From positions 3,523 through 67,522 of IMG/VR virus record IMGVR_UViG_3300033481_000147: a stretch of DNA of 64,000 bases; one strand, 5' to 3'. A program made the position numbers and the translations under genes. The notes beneath the pieces are model-generated. The model saw only the letters and a program-made list of their open reading frames with translations. It was not told where the DNA came from and ran no database searches. Each line of letters opens with the position of its first letter. The first letter of the stretch is position 1. Shown piece after piece: positions 29,519 to 40,126 of the stretch. The stretch is from a virus. Lineage: Duplodnaviria > Caudoviricetes.

Positions 29519-30636
29519 AAAAAGATTTTAAATTTGATTTACAAACATTTGCTGCACCAGATGCAAAGGATTTAGACATTGGCGCTGGCAGTTATTATTT
29601 TAATCGTTGGGATAGCGAAAGTAATCCTACGAAGCTTAGGCATCTGGGGAATGTTGAAGCCAGTACAATTACTAACGATATTACTGAAGTAACTAAGAAG
29701 CAATCGATGACAGCTTCAAAAAGCATTTATGCAAGAGCTACCACTGAACAGAAAGTAACAAATGCGCTAACTTTAAGTGAATTCAATCCGTATAATGTAG
29801 CGCTTGCATTATATGGTGAAGAAGGTGTAGTTACACAGGTAGCAAAAACTGTAACAGATGAGGCATATACTGTATCTCCAGGTGACTTTGTACAGTTACC
29901 TTATTATAATTGTACAGGTATTTCAATTGCTCCATTTAATGCTACAGCTGCATCAATTGCACAGCCTACAAAATATGCTGTAAGTGGCAGTGGAAGTACG
30001 GGTACAATAGCTTCAAGTGGTACATATACAGGTACTACAAGCGGAAGTTATTTTGTAACAATCACAGCTGCAAATACTGCAAGTGGTGTTATTGCTGGCA
30101 TGGAATTTACGTACAAAAAAGGCATTGCTGGAACTTCTAGTACTGCAACAACTGCAACAGGAAGTGCACAAACTTTAGCAGAAGGTGTACAAGTTACATT
30201 TACTGTTGCAAATGGTCAGGATTTTGTTGTAGGTGATATTTTTGAAATTAAAGTAGTTTCTGGTGCTTATATCAAGGATACCGACTATACAGCAAACAAA
30301 GTTGATCTGCGCGGTGGTATTATTAGAATTCCCGAAAAATCAACTATTCCAGAAAATACGAAAGTAAAAATTAGCTACACTGTGCCTGCTGCTGAATATC
30401 CAAAAGTATCTGCTGGAAAAACTACTAATATTGAAGGGTATTTATTCTTTGTAGGTGACCCTACATACGGCAAACCTAAAGTAATAGATTTTTGGCATGT
30501 ATCATTAAAACCTAATGGCGATATTGGTTTAATTTCTGATGATTTCAGTAACTTTAAAATCGATTGCACAGTATTAGACGATTCTACTAACCATCCAGAC
30601 GACCCACTGTATAAAATCACATATGTAAATAAATAA
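29515..30636 (+). CDS. Major tail tube protein with inserted beta-rich domain
   Basis: LRHLGNVEAS, SLKPNGDIGLISDDF; position. Confidence 0.8.
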   Translation: MKKDFKFDLQTFAAPDAKDLDIGAGSYYFNRWDSESNPTKLRHLGNVEASTITNDITEVTKKQSMTASKSIYARATTEQKVTNALTLSEFNPYNVALALYGEEGVVTQVAKTVTDEAYTVSPGDFVQLPYYNCTGISIAPFNATAASIAQPTKYAVSGSGSTGTIASSGTYTGTTSGSYFVTITAANTASGVIAGMEFTYKKGIAGTSSTATTATGSAQTLAEGVQVTFTVANGQDFVVGDIFEIKVVSGAYIKDTDYTANKVDLRGGIIRIPEKSTIPENTKVKISYTVPAAEYPKVSAGKTTNIEGYLFFVGDPTYGKPKVIDFWHVSLKPNGDIGLISDDFSNFKIDCTVLDDSTNHPDDPLYKITYVNK

Positions 30637-30734
30637 ATTATTAGGGCTATGTTAATGCATAGCCCTTTAACTTTGAAAATAACGAAAATACAATTTTCTT
30701 ATATATAAATATAAAACGAAAGAAGGATTATAAA

Positions 30735-31175
30735 ATGGCTAAAAAAGAAACAAATGAATTAGAAACGTTATTACCAGAAGTAGAGGTTACCGTAGCAGGT
30801 GAAGTTATTGAGATTAGACCGTTCCATTTTGCTAAGTTGCCAAAAGTTATTGAATTACTTACATCATTCGGTACTGCAATATTTGGATTGTTTAATGGAA
30901 CTAGCCTGCAATTTGATGAAAACAACAATGTTAAAATCGATCAAACATTCGTTGAAACAGTTGGTAAAATAGTTGAAGAGCATTTTCCAGAGGTTGTGGA
31001 ACTTATTTCGGTATACACTGGAAAACCATCAACATTTTATCTTGATGAAAAGAACGACTTCGATTATGAGCAAGGAATATTATTGATCGCTAAGATAGTC
31101 AATAAGAACATTGATTTTTTTACGACACGCTTGTCCCAAGTAACGAAGGGGATACAAGCAAAAATAAAGAAATAA
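30735..31175 (+). CDS. Tail assembly chaperone (gpG-like)
   Basis: Between tube and TMP; ends ...IDFFT at slippery site. Confidence 0.8.
   Translation: MAKKETNELETLLPEVEVTVAGEVIEIRPFHFAKLPKVIELLTSFGTAIFGLFNGTSLQFDENNNVKIDQTFVETVGKIVEEHFPEVVELISVYTGKPSTFYLDEKNDFDYEQGILLIAKIVNKNIDFFTTRLSQVTKGIQAKIKK
31115..31121 (+). other. -1 ribosomal frameshift site T TTT TTT
   Basis: In-frame GAT TTT TTT; -1 frame open to 31375. Confidence 0.8.
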
Positions 31176-31375
31176 ACTGGACTGAGATTGTTACGACTTT
31201 AAGAGATAGCGGTCATTCATTTGAGGAAATAAAGCGCTACACGATAGATCAAATGTTGCTGTTTTATAACGCCGCATTAAAGGCGCGTATTGATTACATT
31301 TTCGATATTAGGATGGCTGTTTGGAGTGATAAAAAAGACTTAGAAGGGTACATTAAATCAATGACAAATAAATAG
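31121..31375 (+). CDS. gpT-like frameshift extension of chaperone
   Basis: -1 frame YDTLVPS...WTEIVTTLRDSGHSFEEIKRYTIDQMLLFY. Confidence 0.75.
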   Translation, partial: YDTLVPSNEGDTSKNKEINWTEIVTTLRDSGHSFEEIKRYTIDQMLLFYNAALKARIDYIFDIRMAVWSDKKDLEGYIKSMTNK

Positions 31376-31391
31376 CTTTGGAATATATCAT

Positions 31392-31419
31392 TTGCAAAGA
31401 AACCAATTTTTGCTATAAT
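31392..31419 (+). promoter_or_regulatory. sigmaA promoter of moron
   Basis: TTGCAA-N16-TATAAT with TG extension. Confidence 0.7.
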
Positions 31420-31446
31420 AAAACAAAAACATTGGAGGATTTTGTC

Positions 31447-32055
31447 ATGAAAAGGATTTCTTTATTAATATTATGTATGGTATTATTTTGTTCGGTGGTA
31501 AATGCGAAAAGTATTGATTCAGTTTCTAAGATTTCATCAAATGTGCCTAAAATTGCTGTAGTTTTGGCTGGCGACAAAAATATGATTTCGGAAGAAAGAA
31601 TCATTAAGGAAATTGATAAGCAAATTGAAAAGAAATTTCCTGAAAATAAATACAATGTAATTAAGGATAATAAGGTATATCAGGAATTACTTATAGTAGC
31701 AGAAGACCACAATGTTGTTAATTTAGATCAATTAAAACGGGATGACTTTATTAATGCTGGTGAAAAATTTGGATATGATTATGTAATAGTATTGCCTTTT
31801 TATAACGAAGGTGGTCAATACACGACGACAGGCTGGACTAATATCATATCGCAAAACATAACTCTTAGAGCGAGAATTGTAGATGTAAAAACTCAAGAAT
31901 ATCTTTATAGAATTGATGTCACTAAACAGGGTGAAGCTGGTAATGGATTTGGTTCTCCTAGCCCTCAAAGAGCTCAAAAAGAAGCAATAAGTAAATGTCT
32001 TAATGAGGTATTTAAAGATTTAACAATAGGAGAAAAATACGAAGTACAGAAATAA
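31447..32055 (+). CDS. Exported moron protein, possibly TolB-N/CsgG-like fold
   Basis: Signal peptide MKRISLLILCMVLFCSVVNA; GEKFGYDYVI and RARIVDVKT. Confidence 0.65.
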   Translation: MKRISLLILCMVLFCSVVNAKSIDSVSKISSNVPKIAVVLAGDKNMISEERIIKEIDKQIEKKFPENKYNVIKDNKVYQELLIVAEDHNVVNLDQLKRDDFINAGEKFGYDYVIVLPFYNEGGQYTTTGWTNIISQNITLRARIVDVKTQEYLYRIDVTKQGEAGNGFGSPSPQRAQKEAISKCLNEVFKDLTIGEKYEVQK

Positions 32056-32065
32056 ATACATAAAT

Positions 32066-32097
32066 AAAAGCACTTGCAAAAACGCAGGTGCTTTTTT
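32066..32097 (+). terminator. Intrinsic terminator
   Basis: AAAAGCACTTGC/GCAGGTGCTTTT then TT. Confidence 0.75.
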
Positions 32098-32129
32098 CAC
32101 GTCCAAATTTAAGCAAAGGAGGTTAATGT

Positions 32130-35100
32130 ATGGCAAATAATACTATTGAAATTAAAATTACTGCTGACAATGCGCAAGCAATCAATGCGTTAAAACAATT
32201 TACTGACTTTGTTCGGCAAGTCTCTAGCCAAACTAATACAGACGGAGCTAATGCAGGAAAAGGTTTCAATGAAGCGTTTTCTTCAATTACTTCGACTGGC
32301 AATAAAGTAATAGCTGTATTAGAAAATATCAATTCAACTGTAAATAAAATAGCTAGTTCTTTTAATCCTGTAGCTAGACAAGGTAAAGATGCTATGCAAC
32401 AGGTAACAGATGGTGTTAAAAATGCAGGAAGAGAAATTGATAATACACGCTTAAAGCTAAATAAATTTACTGGATCTGGTGTTAAAGTTAATATTGCTTC
32501 AAATGCGAATCAAACACTTTCAGTATTACAACAGTTAACAATAGTTATTAATTCGCTTAATGAAAAAATTAGCCAATTTGGAGCGATTTTTGCTGCTAAT
32601 ATGCAAGAAGCTACAGTAAGTGCAAAAAGAGCTAGTAATGATATTATCACAGCGTTTAGTAAGGTAAATTCAACTTCTATTAGCCCTAGAGCGCCAAATA
32701 AAATAACTGGCACTAATAATACTACTGATACCATATCACAAGCTGGTAGCGGGGTTTTTAACGGAGCAACGGCAAGTGGTGAAGGTTTTTTAAGTACTCT
32801 TAGCAAGATTAGTATGGCGGGCTATGGTATTGTTGGCATGTTTCAGTCTATTAAAAGTATAGCAACGACAGTTTTCGGTACCGGACTATCGTTTGATACA
32901 CAGATGGAAACTGCACAAATGGGTATTGCCGGAATACTAACTTCAATGACTAATTGGAACGATAGGCAAATGGATTTAAACACTGCAATGGCGGTTTCAA
33001 AAGATACTTTAGATCAAATAAATCAAAAAGCGGCTACAGTTGGACTAAAAACAGGTGATTTAGTAGAAGGATTTCAATCTATAATTGCACCAGGGTTAAA
33101 AGCAAAAATGACGCTTGAGGAAATGGTTAATCTTACTGTTATGGGTACAAAAGCAGTCAAAAGTATGCTTGGCCCGCAAGGTAATTCCATGCAGATAACA
33201 CAAGAATTGAGGTCTATGGTTAGCGGAACTATTGATCAGAATTCACAAGTATCAAGATCATTAGGCATTACAAATGAAGGTGTTGAGCAGGCGAAACAAA
33301 CGGCTGGTGGTCTATTTGCTTATTTACAAGAAAAAATGAGTGGTATGGATGAACTAGCTAAAAGCGGTACATGGGCAAAATCAATGACTGGTACTTTAGA
33401 AGCTTTTGAATCCAAATATGCTCAAGCATCGGGTAGTGCATTTGAAACAGTATTCGATACTGCAAAAACTAAAATTCAGGACCTTACAGCTGCTTTATTT
33501 GTAGTTGATGAAGCAACAAAGAAGGTATCTTTTAATCCAGAAGTATTAAGTTATTTGAAATCATTTGTTGATTATACTATTTTGTTTGGTGATAAAGTTA
33601 TAGTTGCAGGTAAATTTGTATCAACGTATCTACTTGGACCACTCGGTGGCGTTAGTGGTTTATTAGCTTTTATTGTTAATAATCTTTACGGTGTAACTAC
33701 TGCCTTAGCAACATGGGCTATAATAAGCAAATTCGTTAAAGCTATGGATGATTATAAAGAAGCTACAATTAAGGCAAGAATAGAATCACAAGCGCTTGGG
33801 AATACTGGCGCAACGGCAGGGGCAAAAATAGCGGCGGGAACGGTTGGAGCTACGGTTGCAATGGGGAGAATGGAAGCGGCAATCGGAGTTGTTAAAATTG
33901 CATTACGTGGGTTAGCTTCTGCTACTTTATGGGGAGCAATTGCTATGGCCGCTGGTTGGGCTTTAGAGAAAGTAATAAATTGGCTTGATAAAACCGCTGA
34001 TGCAAAAAATAGATTATCGGGTGGTAAAGCAGGGGCAGGTGGAAGTTCTACTGGTGGAAATCAAGATTTTGGTTGGCTCCATGCAGCTCACGAGGGTGGA
34101 TACGATACGGTGAGTAGCGGTATTGGTGATCGTGGTGGTGTCAGTTATGGAAGACATCAGTTTGCAACTAATATGGGAACTCCACAGGGTTTTGTTAAGT
34201 GGCTGCAAGAGGGAGGATGGGAGGTTGGAGATTTACTATCTCATGGTACTCCTGGAGAATCCGATTTTGAAAATTTATGGCACGCGGCTGAGAATAAATA
34301 TGGTGATGCTTTTAATAAATTACAAGATGAATATGCAAAAGCGTTGTATTATGATAATCCCAATTCAGATAATGCAGAAGATATGTCTATTGCGTTAGAT
34401 GCAAATAAACGTTCTAAAGTTATGCAGGAAGTTGTCTATTCTACAGCGGTGCAACATGGCCGTGGTGGTCAAGCAGAGGTAATGCGTAGGGCAGCAGGGA
34501 TAGCAGGAGTACCCAATTTATCTTATCTTACAGATGAACAAGCTATTCCGTATATTTACGAAGCACGCAGGCAGCTTAATCCAGACGATATAAATCGATA
34601 TAACGATGAGCAACAAGAAGCTATGAACGCATTAGCGATTAACCCACAAATACAAACGCCAGGTAAAATTAATGATGGCAAAATTAGCTTAAAAGAGCAA
34701 GAGCAAGAATCGAAAGAACTTGCTAATGCTAGAATAAAGCAATTAGAAGCTCAAGCGTCTGGTGACGTTCAAAAATATATTGCTGATTTAGACAAAGAAG
34801 CAAGCTCTCTTGAACAACGTTACAATAATACTAAAACAGGTACAGCAGAAAACCCTATAAGTGTTGAAGATTATATCACTCAAAGGAAAGAGACTGAACA
34901 AGCAAAATCAGATAAAGAGCTAGGTTTAATCCAGTTGAAAATGTCTGATACCCAACAAAAAATGAATGATCCAGGGATTAAGCCTGTAGAAAAAGAAAAT
35001 TTAGGAACTGAATTAACTGAGTTGCAAACACAGTATGATCTTAGACAAAAAGCACGTGATAAGGTTTTTCAAGAGCTAAACGCTTTAAATAACACGGAAT

Positions 35101-36566
35101 TGCAGCAGTTATCGGATGAGGAAGCGGAAGTAAAGGCGGCTAACTTGGAGGCTAAAGGAAAATTAGAAGACGCTGCGAAAATTCGTCAAGCGATAAAAAC
35201 ACGTGGTTTAAAAGAAAAGTTCACAGCCAATAATTATGGTGAAGGGCTAACTGCTCTCGAACAAAATAATCAAAGTGAACTTTTGACAGCACGTTTTAAC
35301 GAAACTAAAAAAGAAGTAGAAAAAGCCAATAATGATTTATCTGCAAAACAAAATAAATTACTGGATGGACTAAAGGATGGGACAGTAAGCGTATCTAATA
35401 TAATAGGTGAAAACGCGGTAATACAAGCAGAATCAACTAAGGAAGTATTGGCTAAATTAAACGATGAATTAAGGCAAGCCAAAGCCCTAGGCAGAACTGA
35501 TTTAGTTGATCAGATAAATGAACAGATCAAAAAGCTAAACGATAGTACGAAGGATTTTTTAGAAGATGCAATAAAGAAAGTTAACGAAATAGCACAAAGT
35601 GAAACTGATAAAATAAACGCTGATTCAAACTTAACTACTGGAATGAAATCGGAACGAACTGAAGCTGTAAAGAAGCAACAATATTTAAATACTTCTAAGT
35701 TGCAATATGCTGCTGCTGATCAATTAGAAACAACCGCTTCATTAATGACAACGCCAGATGAAGTGAGTAAAACTTCTTTTGCTATGGCTAAACTTTTAAA
35801 ACAAACTGCAGCTACAAATGCAGAGCTTGGTAGAACAAAATCATTAATAGAAGATGCATACAGTGCAGGAAAACAAGGTTTAGAAAATGGATTAACCACT
35901 TTCTTTGAAAGTGGTTATTTATCATGTAAAAAATTATCATACGCAGTAGAGGATCTAGCTATTACAATCCTTACTGAAATGAATAAAGTATTTGCAAATC
36001 AATTAGTAAAAAACTTAATGAATGGTTGGCTTGGTGGCACTAGTTCTAGTGCTTCTAATAATAAGGTTAATCTAGGTAGTGCTAGTCAGTACTTTCCATC
36101 TACTGATTGGCAGAATCCTTTCAAATTTGCAGATGGCGGTTCATTTGATAGTGGTAAAGTTACAGGCCCAGGAACGGGAACTAGTGATAGCATACTTGCT
36201 TACCTTGGAAATTACAAAAAATTCGTGAGGATAGCCAATGGTGAATACGTAATTAAAGCTTCAGCGGCAAGAAAATTGGGAACTAGAGTTCTTGATAGCC
36301 TGAACAATGGTCTTATCCCTTCGGGATTCGGTGAAGTTAAGGCTAAATATGCAAGCGGCGGTTCTTTATCCGGCAGACCTAGCGCAGGAGCTTCAGACGT
36401 TGCTGCAAGTTTAACAAGTAACAATAACGTTAGCGTGCCTTTAAAAGTTGTAAATGTAACTGATCCTAACGAAATAAGTAAGCATTTGCAATCAAGAGAA
36501 GGTGAGAGGGTGTTGGTTAATTTCGTGAAAAATAATTCGAGCATAATAAAAAGGTTAGTAACATAG
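32130..36566 (+). CDS. Tape measure protein with internal lysozyme-like domain
   Basis: 1478 aa helical; GDRGGVSYGRHQF...STAVQHG insert; C-terminal KFADGGS...GPGTGTSDSI. Confidence 0.92.
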   Translation: MANNTIEIKITADNAQAINALKQFTDFVRQVSSQTNTDGANAGKGFNEAFSSITSTGNKVIAVLENINSTVNKIASSFNPVARQGKDAMQQVTDGVKNAGREIDNTRLKLNKFTGSGVKVNIASNANQTLSVLQQLTIVINSLNEKISQFGAIFAANMQEATVSAKRASNDIITAFSKVNSTSISPRAPNKITGTNNTTDTISQAGSGVFNGATASGEGFLSTLSKISMAGYGIVGMFQSIKSIATTVFGTGLSFDTQMETAQMGIAGILTSMTNWNDRQMDLNTAMAVSKDTLDQINQKAATVGLKTGDLVEGFQSIIAPGLKAKMTLEEMVNLTVMGTKAVKSMLGPQGNSMQITQELRSMVSGTIDQNSQVSRSLGITNEGVEQAKQTAGGLFAYLQEKMSGMDELAKSGTWAKSMTGTLEAFESKYAQASGSAFETVFDTAKTKIQDLTAALFVVDEATKKVSFNPEVLSYLKSFVDYTILFGDKVIVAGKFVSTYLLGPLGGVSGLLAFIVNNLYGVTTALATWAIISKFVKAMDDYKEATIKARIESQALGNTGATAGAKIAAGTVGATVAMGRMEAAIGVVKIALRGLASATLWGAIAMAAGWALEKVINWLDKTADAKNRLSGGKAGAGGSSTGGNQDFGWLHAAHEGGYDTVSSGIGDRGGVSYGRHQFATNMGTPQGFVKWLQEGGWEVGDLLSHGTPGESDFENLWHAAENKYGDAFNKLQDEYAKALYYDNPNSDNAEDMSIALDANKRSKVMQEVVYSTAVQHGRGGQAEVMRRAAGIAGVPNLSYLTDEQAIPYIYEARRQLNPDDINRYNDEQQEAMNALAINPQIQTPGKINDGKISLKEQEQESKELANARIKQLEAQASGDVQKYIADLDKEASSLEQRYNNTKTGTAENPISVEDYITQRKETEQAKSDKELGLIQLKMSDTQQKMNDPGIKPVEKENLGTELTELQTQYDLRQKARDKVFQELNALNNTELQQLSDEEAEVKAANLEAKGKLEDAAKIRQAIKTRGLKEKFTANNYGEGLTALEQNNQSELLTARFNETKKEVEKANNDLSAKQNKLLDGLKDGTVSVSNIIGENAVIQAESTKEVLAKLNDELRQAKALGRTDLVDQINEQIKKLNDSTKDFLEDAIKKVNEIAQSETDKINADSNLTTGMKSERTEAVKKQQYLNTSKLQYAAADQLETTASLMTTPDEVSKTSFAMAKLLKQTAATNAELGRTKSLIEDAYSAGKQGLENGLTTFFESGYLSCKKLSYAVEDLAITILTEMNKVFANQLVKNLMNGWLGGTSSSASNNKVNLGSASQYFPSTDWQNPFKFADGGSFDSGKVTGPGTGTSDSILAYLGNYKKFVRIANGEYVIKASAARKLGTRVLDSLNNGLIPSGFGEVKAKYASGGSLSGRPSAGASDVAASLTSNNNVSVPLKVVNVTDPNEISKHLQSREGERVLVNFVKNNSSIIKRLVT

Positions 36567-36576
36567 GGGGTGTATT

Positions 36577-37554
36577 ATGGCAACTTTAGAATCTAGTTCA
36601 ACTAGTGTTTTAGATTTAGTTAAACAAGTAGTTACGTTTTTGACCAGTGAAGCTAATTTTGGTACAGGAAACGCATGGACGCTTTTGCGTCCTGTTACTG
36701 TCGCAAGTATTACCGATGAGGTAATACTCATGGGCGTAGGTGATGGCGAAGACAAAATTTATTTGGGTATGAAAATTGAAGATAGTACAGTGAATACAGG
36801 ACAAGTTGACATTGTATTGAATGGTTTTGGTGGATTTGATACGGGGTTAGGTTGGTCAGAACAACCAGGAGCAATACCGCATACATATCTGCCTACAGTG
36901 CCAATGGTTGGCGATATTAGAACAAATTTTTGGCTATCTGCCAACACATCAAGATTCATTCTTGTGGTGCAATTATCTACGCAATTTGAAATGGCCTATT
37001 GTGGATTTTTAACACCTGTCTCAGTAGAACGCCAATACCCTTATCCTTTAGCTATCGGTGGTAGTTATATTCAAGGCAAATCATGGACTAGTACAACGCC
37101 AGGACATAGTTGTTTTCTTAACCCAGGCAGTGATGAGTTTGCAGGACTTGGAGCTTATAGCATACTGGCGAGTGATAATGCAAACGAAAATACTACTTCG
37201 CTTAGAGTTCGCAGACCGGATGGAACTTGGCGATCGGGGTTAAACAAAAACAGGTCCGATACAACAATGCATTTTGAAAAGTTATGTGTATGGCCACAAA
37301 ATACGGAACCAACCAATACACTAACTGTACTTGATACTAGTTTGACTATCGAAAATGTTAATATGTTGCCAGAGCTACTGTATGAAACTTATCCAGCAGG
37401 TATTATTGGTCAATTTGACGGTGTGTTTTTCGTTGGTAATAGAGAAGATTTATCAAGCAAGGAAACGATCATTTATAATAATAAATCTTACATGGTATTT
37501 AATAATGTTTCACGTAGAGATAATGACGAATATTTTGCTATACAGTGGTATTAA
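36577..37554 (+). CDS. Tail-tip structural protein
   Basis: Position; W/G-rich beta pattern. Confidence 0.6.
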   Translation: MATLESSSTSVLDLVKQVVTFLTSEANFGTGNAWTLLRPVTVASITDEVILMGVGDGEDKIYLGMKIEDSTVNTGQVDIVLNGFGGFDTGLGWSEQPGAIPHTYLPTVPMVGDIRTNFWLSANTSRFILVVQLSTQFEMAYCGFLTPVSVERQYPYPLAIGGSYIQGKSWTSTTPGHSCFLNPGSDEFAGLGAYSILASDNANENTTSLRVRRPDGTWRSGLNKNRSDTTMHFEKLCVWPQNTEPTNTLTVLDTSLTIENVNMLPELLYETYPAGIIGQFDGVFFVGNREDLSSKETIIYNNKSYMVFNNVSRRDNDEYFAIQWY

Positions 37555-37566
37555 GGGGCTGATTAC

Positions 37567-39021
37567 ATGGCTTACTTAAAAGGTACTGCAACTAGCTTTG
37601 ATGATTTAATAACGCAGATCATTGCGTGGTGTGCAGATTCGACTATACATAATGATGATGTTTGGGAACTTATACGAAATGAGCCATATCCAAACGGAAC
37701 CATTTTAAAAGCACATGGGTGGGAAGATGGAGAACATTTCTACATTGGATTAATGCCGAAATCATTTATAAAAGGTGAAACATATCAAAAATGGTTTTAT
37801 CAAGATTCTATTTTGACAAGCGAATTTATATATTCAAAAAGTGGACTAGGTTTACAACCAGATCAAGTAAAGATATCAATTTCCGATAATATCATTAAAA
37901 CAATAACAAAAGATAAGTACGGAAATGATGTGATTAATAATTATAAATTCAGTGATCCAGATGTACTCAATAAATCCTCACAAGCAATGTTTTTAGGAGT
38001 GTTCAAGCAATATAGTTCTGGTTTGGAGTGGCATGAACAAGCGGGAGGACAAAGACCTTACATTCCAACTCAAGCTATTAATTATATAAATATAGCAAAT
38101 CCACAATCTACATTAAGTATGGTACCGCCGTTAATGCCTGGAATTGGCTTCCCTGCAATTGGAATGAATATTGATGGACCCGAAGCTGGTTATATAAATT
38201 TCTGGCTCACGAAGGATAGGCAACGGCTAACAATTGTTACTTATAATAGTGGTTATTGGGATGTAGCGCATCTTGGATTTTTAGATCCTTATCATATACC
38301 CACAGAATACGCTTTTCCTGCTGTGGCTATTGGCGGAACTTCTGGCGCAGTAGTAACTGGAAGCACTACTTACTCTAGCTCGGGCGCACCTATAACTAAT
38401 GTTGGATTTAAATTTGAGTATAGTCTTGGCAATACTTGTCTTTCCCATGGCGTACCAACTTTTTCGGCAACGCCTTGGAATGGTGATGATACATGGAATG
38501 ATAGTATAGGATTAAGCCAAGCACAATTAATGTTACCTGATGGGACTTGGCAATCATTTGCTAACTATGCCGTACAAAAAGAAATAATTAGTGTTTATTC
38601 TGGTGGTCAATATCCTAGCTACTATTATGCTCATAAAGAGCCAGAACAACCAATAGGATTAAGGCATTATCTAAGGCCGACATACACTAATTGTGGTGAA
38701 GTTAAGCATATATATGACGTTGCAGGCGGTGAAATCTATCAGTTAGAACCTATAGAATTTGTACAGGGCAAAGATAATTCAGTAAATATGTTCGGTAAAC
38801 TAAAGAACATTTACTGGATGTCTAGCCCTGTTTATCGTTATGGGGAAGTAACAGTTAACAGCAAATTGTATTTAGTAGTTCCTAATGGCTGGGAAGGACG
38901 TAAATGGCATATAGCGCATGGAAGAACTGGAATCGTCGATGAAAACACTCTCTTAGAGCAGGATAAAAAAATAACAGAAATAAGTAACACGATGAATTGT
39001 GTTATTAAATTGGAGGATTGA
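37567..39021 (+). CDS. Tail-tip structural protein
   Basis: MAYLKGTATSFDDL start; partly similar to preceding gene. Confidence 0.6.
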   Translation: MAYLKGTATSFDDLITQIIAWCADSTIHNDDVWELIRNEPYPNGTILKAHGWEDGEHFYIGLMPKSFIKGETYQKWFYQDSILTSEFIYSKSGLGLQPDQVKISISDNIIKTITKDKYGNDVINNYKFSDPDVLNKSSQAMFLGVFKQYSSGLEWHEQAGGQRPYIPTQAINYINIANPQSTLSMVPPLMPGIGFPAIGMNIDGPEAGYINFWLTKDRQRLTIVTYNSGYWDVAHLGFLDPYHIPTEYAFPAVAIGGTSGAVVTGSTTYSSSGAPITNVGFKFEYSLGNTCLSHGVPTFSATPWNGDDTWNDSIGLSQAQLMLPDGTWQSFANYAVQKEIISVYSGGQYPSYYYAHKEPEQPIGLRHYLRPTYTNCGEVKHIYDVAGGEIYQLEPIEFVQGKDNSVNMFGKLKNIYWMSSPVYRYGEVTVNSKLYLVVPNGWEGRKWHIAHGRTGIVDENTLLEQDKKITEISNTMNCVIKLED

Positions 39022-40115
39022 GTATGGCATATCAACTATATAGTAATTTGGCAGGTCCAGATGATGTGTTAACAAAAATGCGAGATTTTGCTATTGCAAA
39101 TGGCTGGACGGCTTTAGAAAATTTAACGCAAGACCTTGCAATAGATGAATCTGGTACCTCTGATGGATATAGATTAACCTTACAAAACGGTGATATATAC
39201 GCGAACTTTAGAAGTGCGAATGGCAAAGCAATATTTGCAACACAAAATAATGTAACTACAGATTTAGCGCATGGCATCGGTCTTGTTTGCTCAACAAACT
39301 ATACATCAACGCCATCTAGCGGCAAATGGTACGATCAGCCGAATGCAACGAAACATGTAAACCAGGAGGTAATAGGCGTTGGTATTCCAGCAAACGCAAC
39401 AAGTAATTTAAATTTATATTGTAATGCAATCTCTGATCCAGCTGTATTGCTTGTATTCTCTTTAGAAATAACAAAAGGAATTTTTCAGCATTTAGCGGTA
39501 GCAACCACTCAAAAAGTAGGAGCTTGGGCGGGTGGAACAATATATAGTGGTAGTCGTAATAGCGTTAATATGTTTCCGGCGGCATGGACTGATATGGCAA
39601 TAGAAAATGAAAGCAATCATTTATTTGGAATGTCATCAAAGGCGAGTACATTTTTAAGGTGTGATATTGATGCTGCACCGCTTAGAACAAATCCAATATT
39701 ATGGGCGAGTGCTGGACCAGATGCTACAACTTTAACAAGCGGTTGCACAGGAAAGATATTAGCAATGCCTGTTTGTAATATTTCTACTATTACTGAATCT
39801 TGGTTTCCTAAAATACCTCATTACGGATATTTACAAAGCCAAGATTCTAAAGATGTAGGGCGTAATGCCAATACATTAAATTGCATTAGTGTTAATTTAC
39901 CTATTGCTTTGTATGTGCAGCGTGATCCAGATGCACTACGAAATTATAGTCAAGTTGGATATGTACCTGGTTTAGATGCTATATCCATTCGTAATGTTAC
40001 TGCAGGACAAACTTATGAAATAAGTTATCCTAATAGCGGTAATTTATATCAAGCATTTCCACACGTAAAACGTAGCGGTGGTTTTGGTTACGATGGAATT
40101 AGTATAAAACAATAG
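39018..40115 (+). CDS. Tail-tip structural protein
   Basis: Position. Confidence 0.6.
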   Translation: MSMAYQLYSNLAGPDDVLTKMRDFAIANGWTALENLTQDLAIDESGTSDGYRLTLQNGDIYANFRSANGKAIFATQNNVTTDLAHGIGLVCSTNYTSTPSSGKWYDQPNATKHVNQEVIGVGIPANATSNLNLYCNAISDPAVLLVFSLEITKGIFQHLAVATTQKVGAWAGGTIYSGSRNSVNMFPAAWTDMAIENESNHLFGMSSKASTFLRCDIDAAPLRTNPILWASAGPDATTLTSGCTGKILAMPVCNISTITESWFPKIPHYGYLQSQDSKDVGRNANTLNCISVNLPIALYVQRDPDALRNYSQVGYVPGLDAISIRNVTAGQTYEISYPNSGNLYQAFPHVKRSGGFGYDGISIKQ

Positions 40116-40126
40116 GGGGTGGGTGA

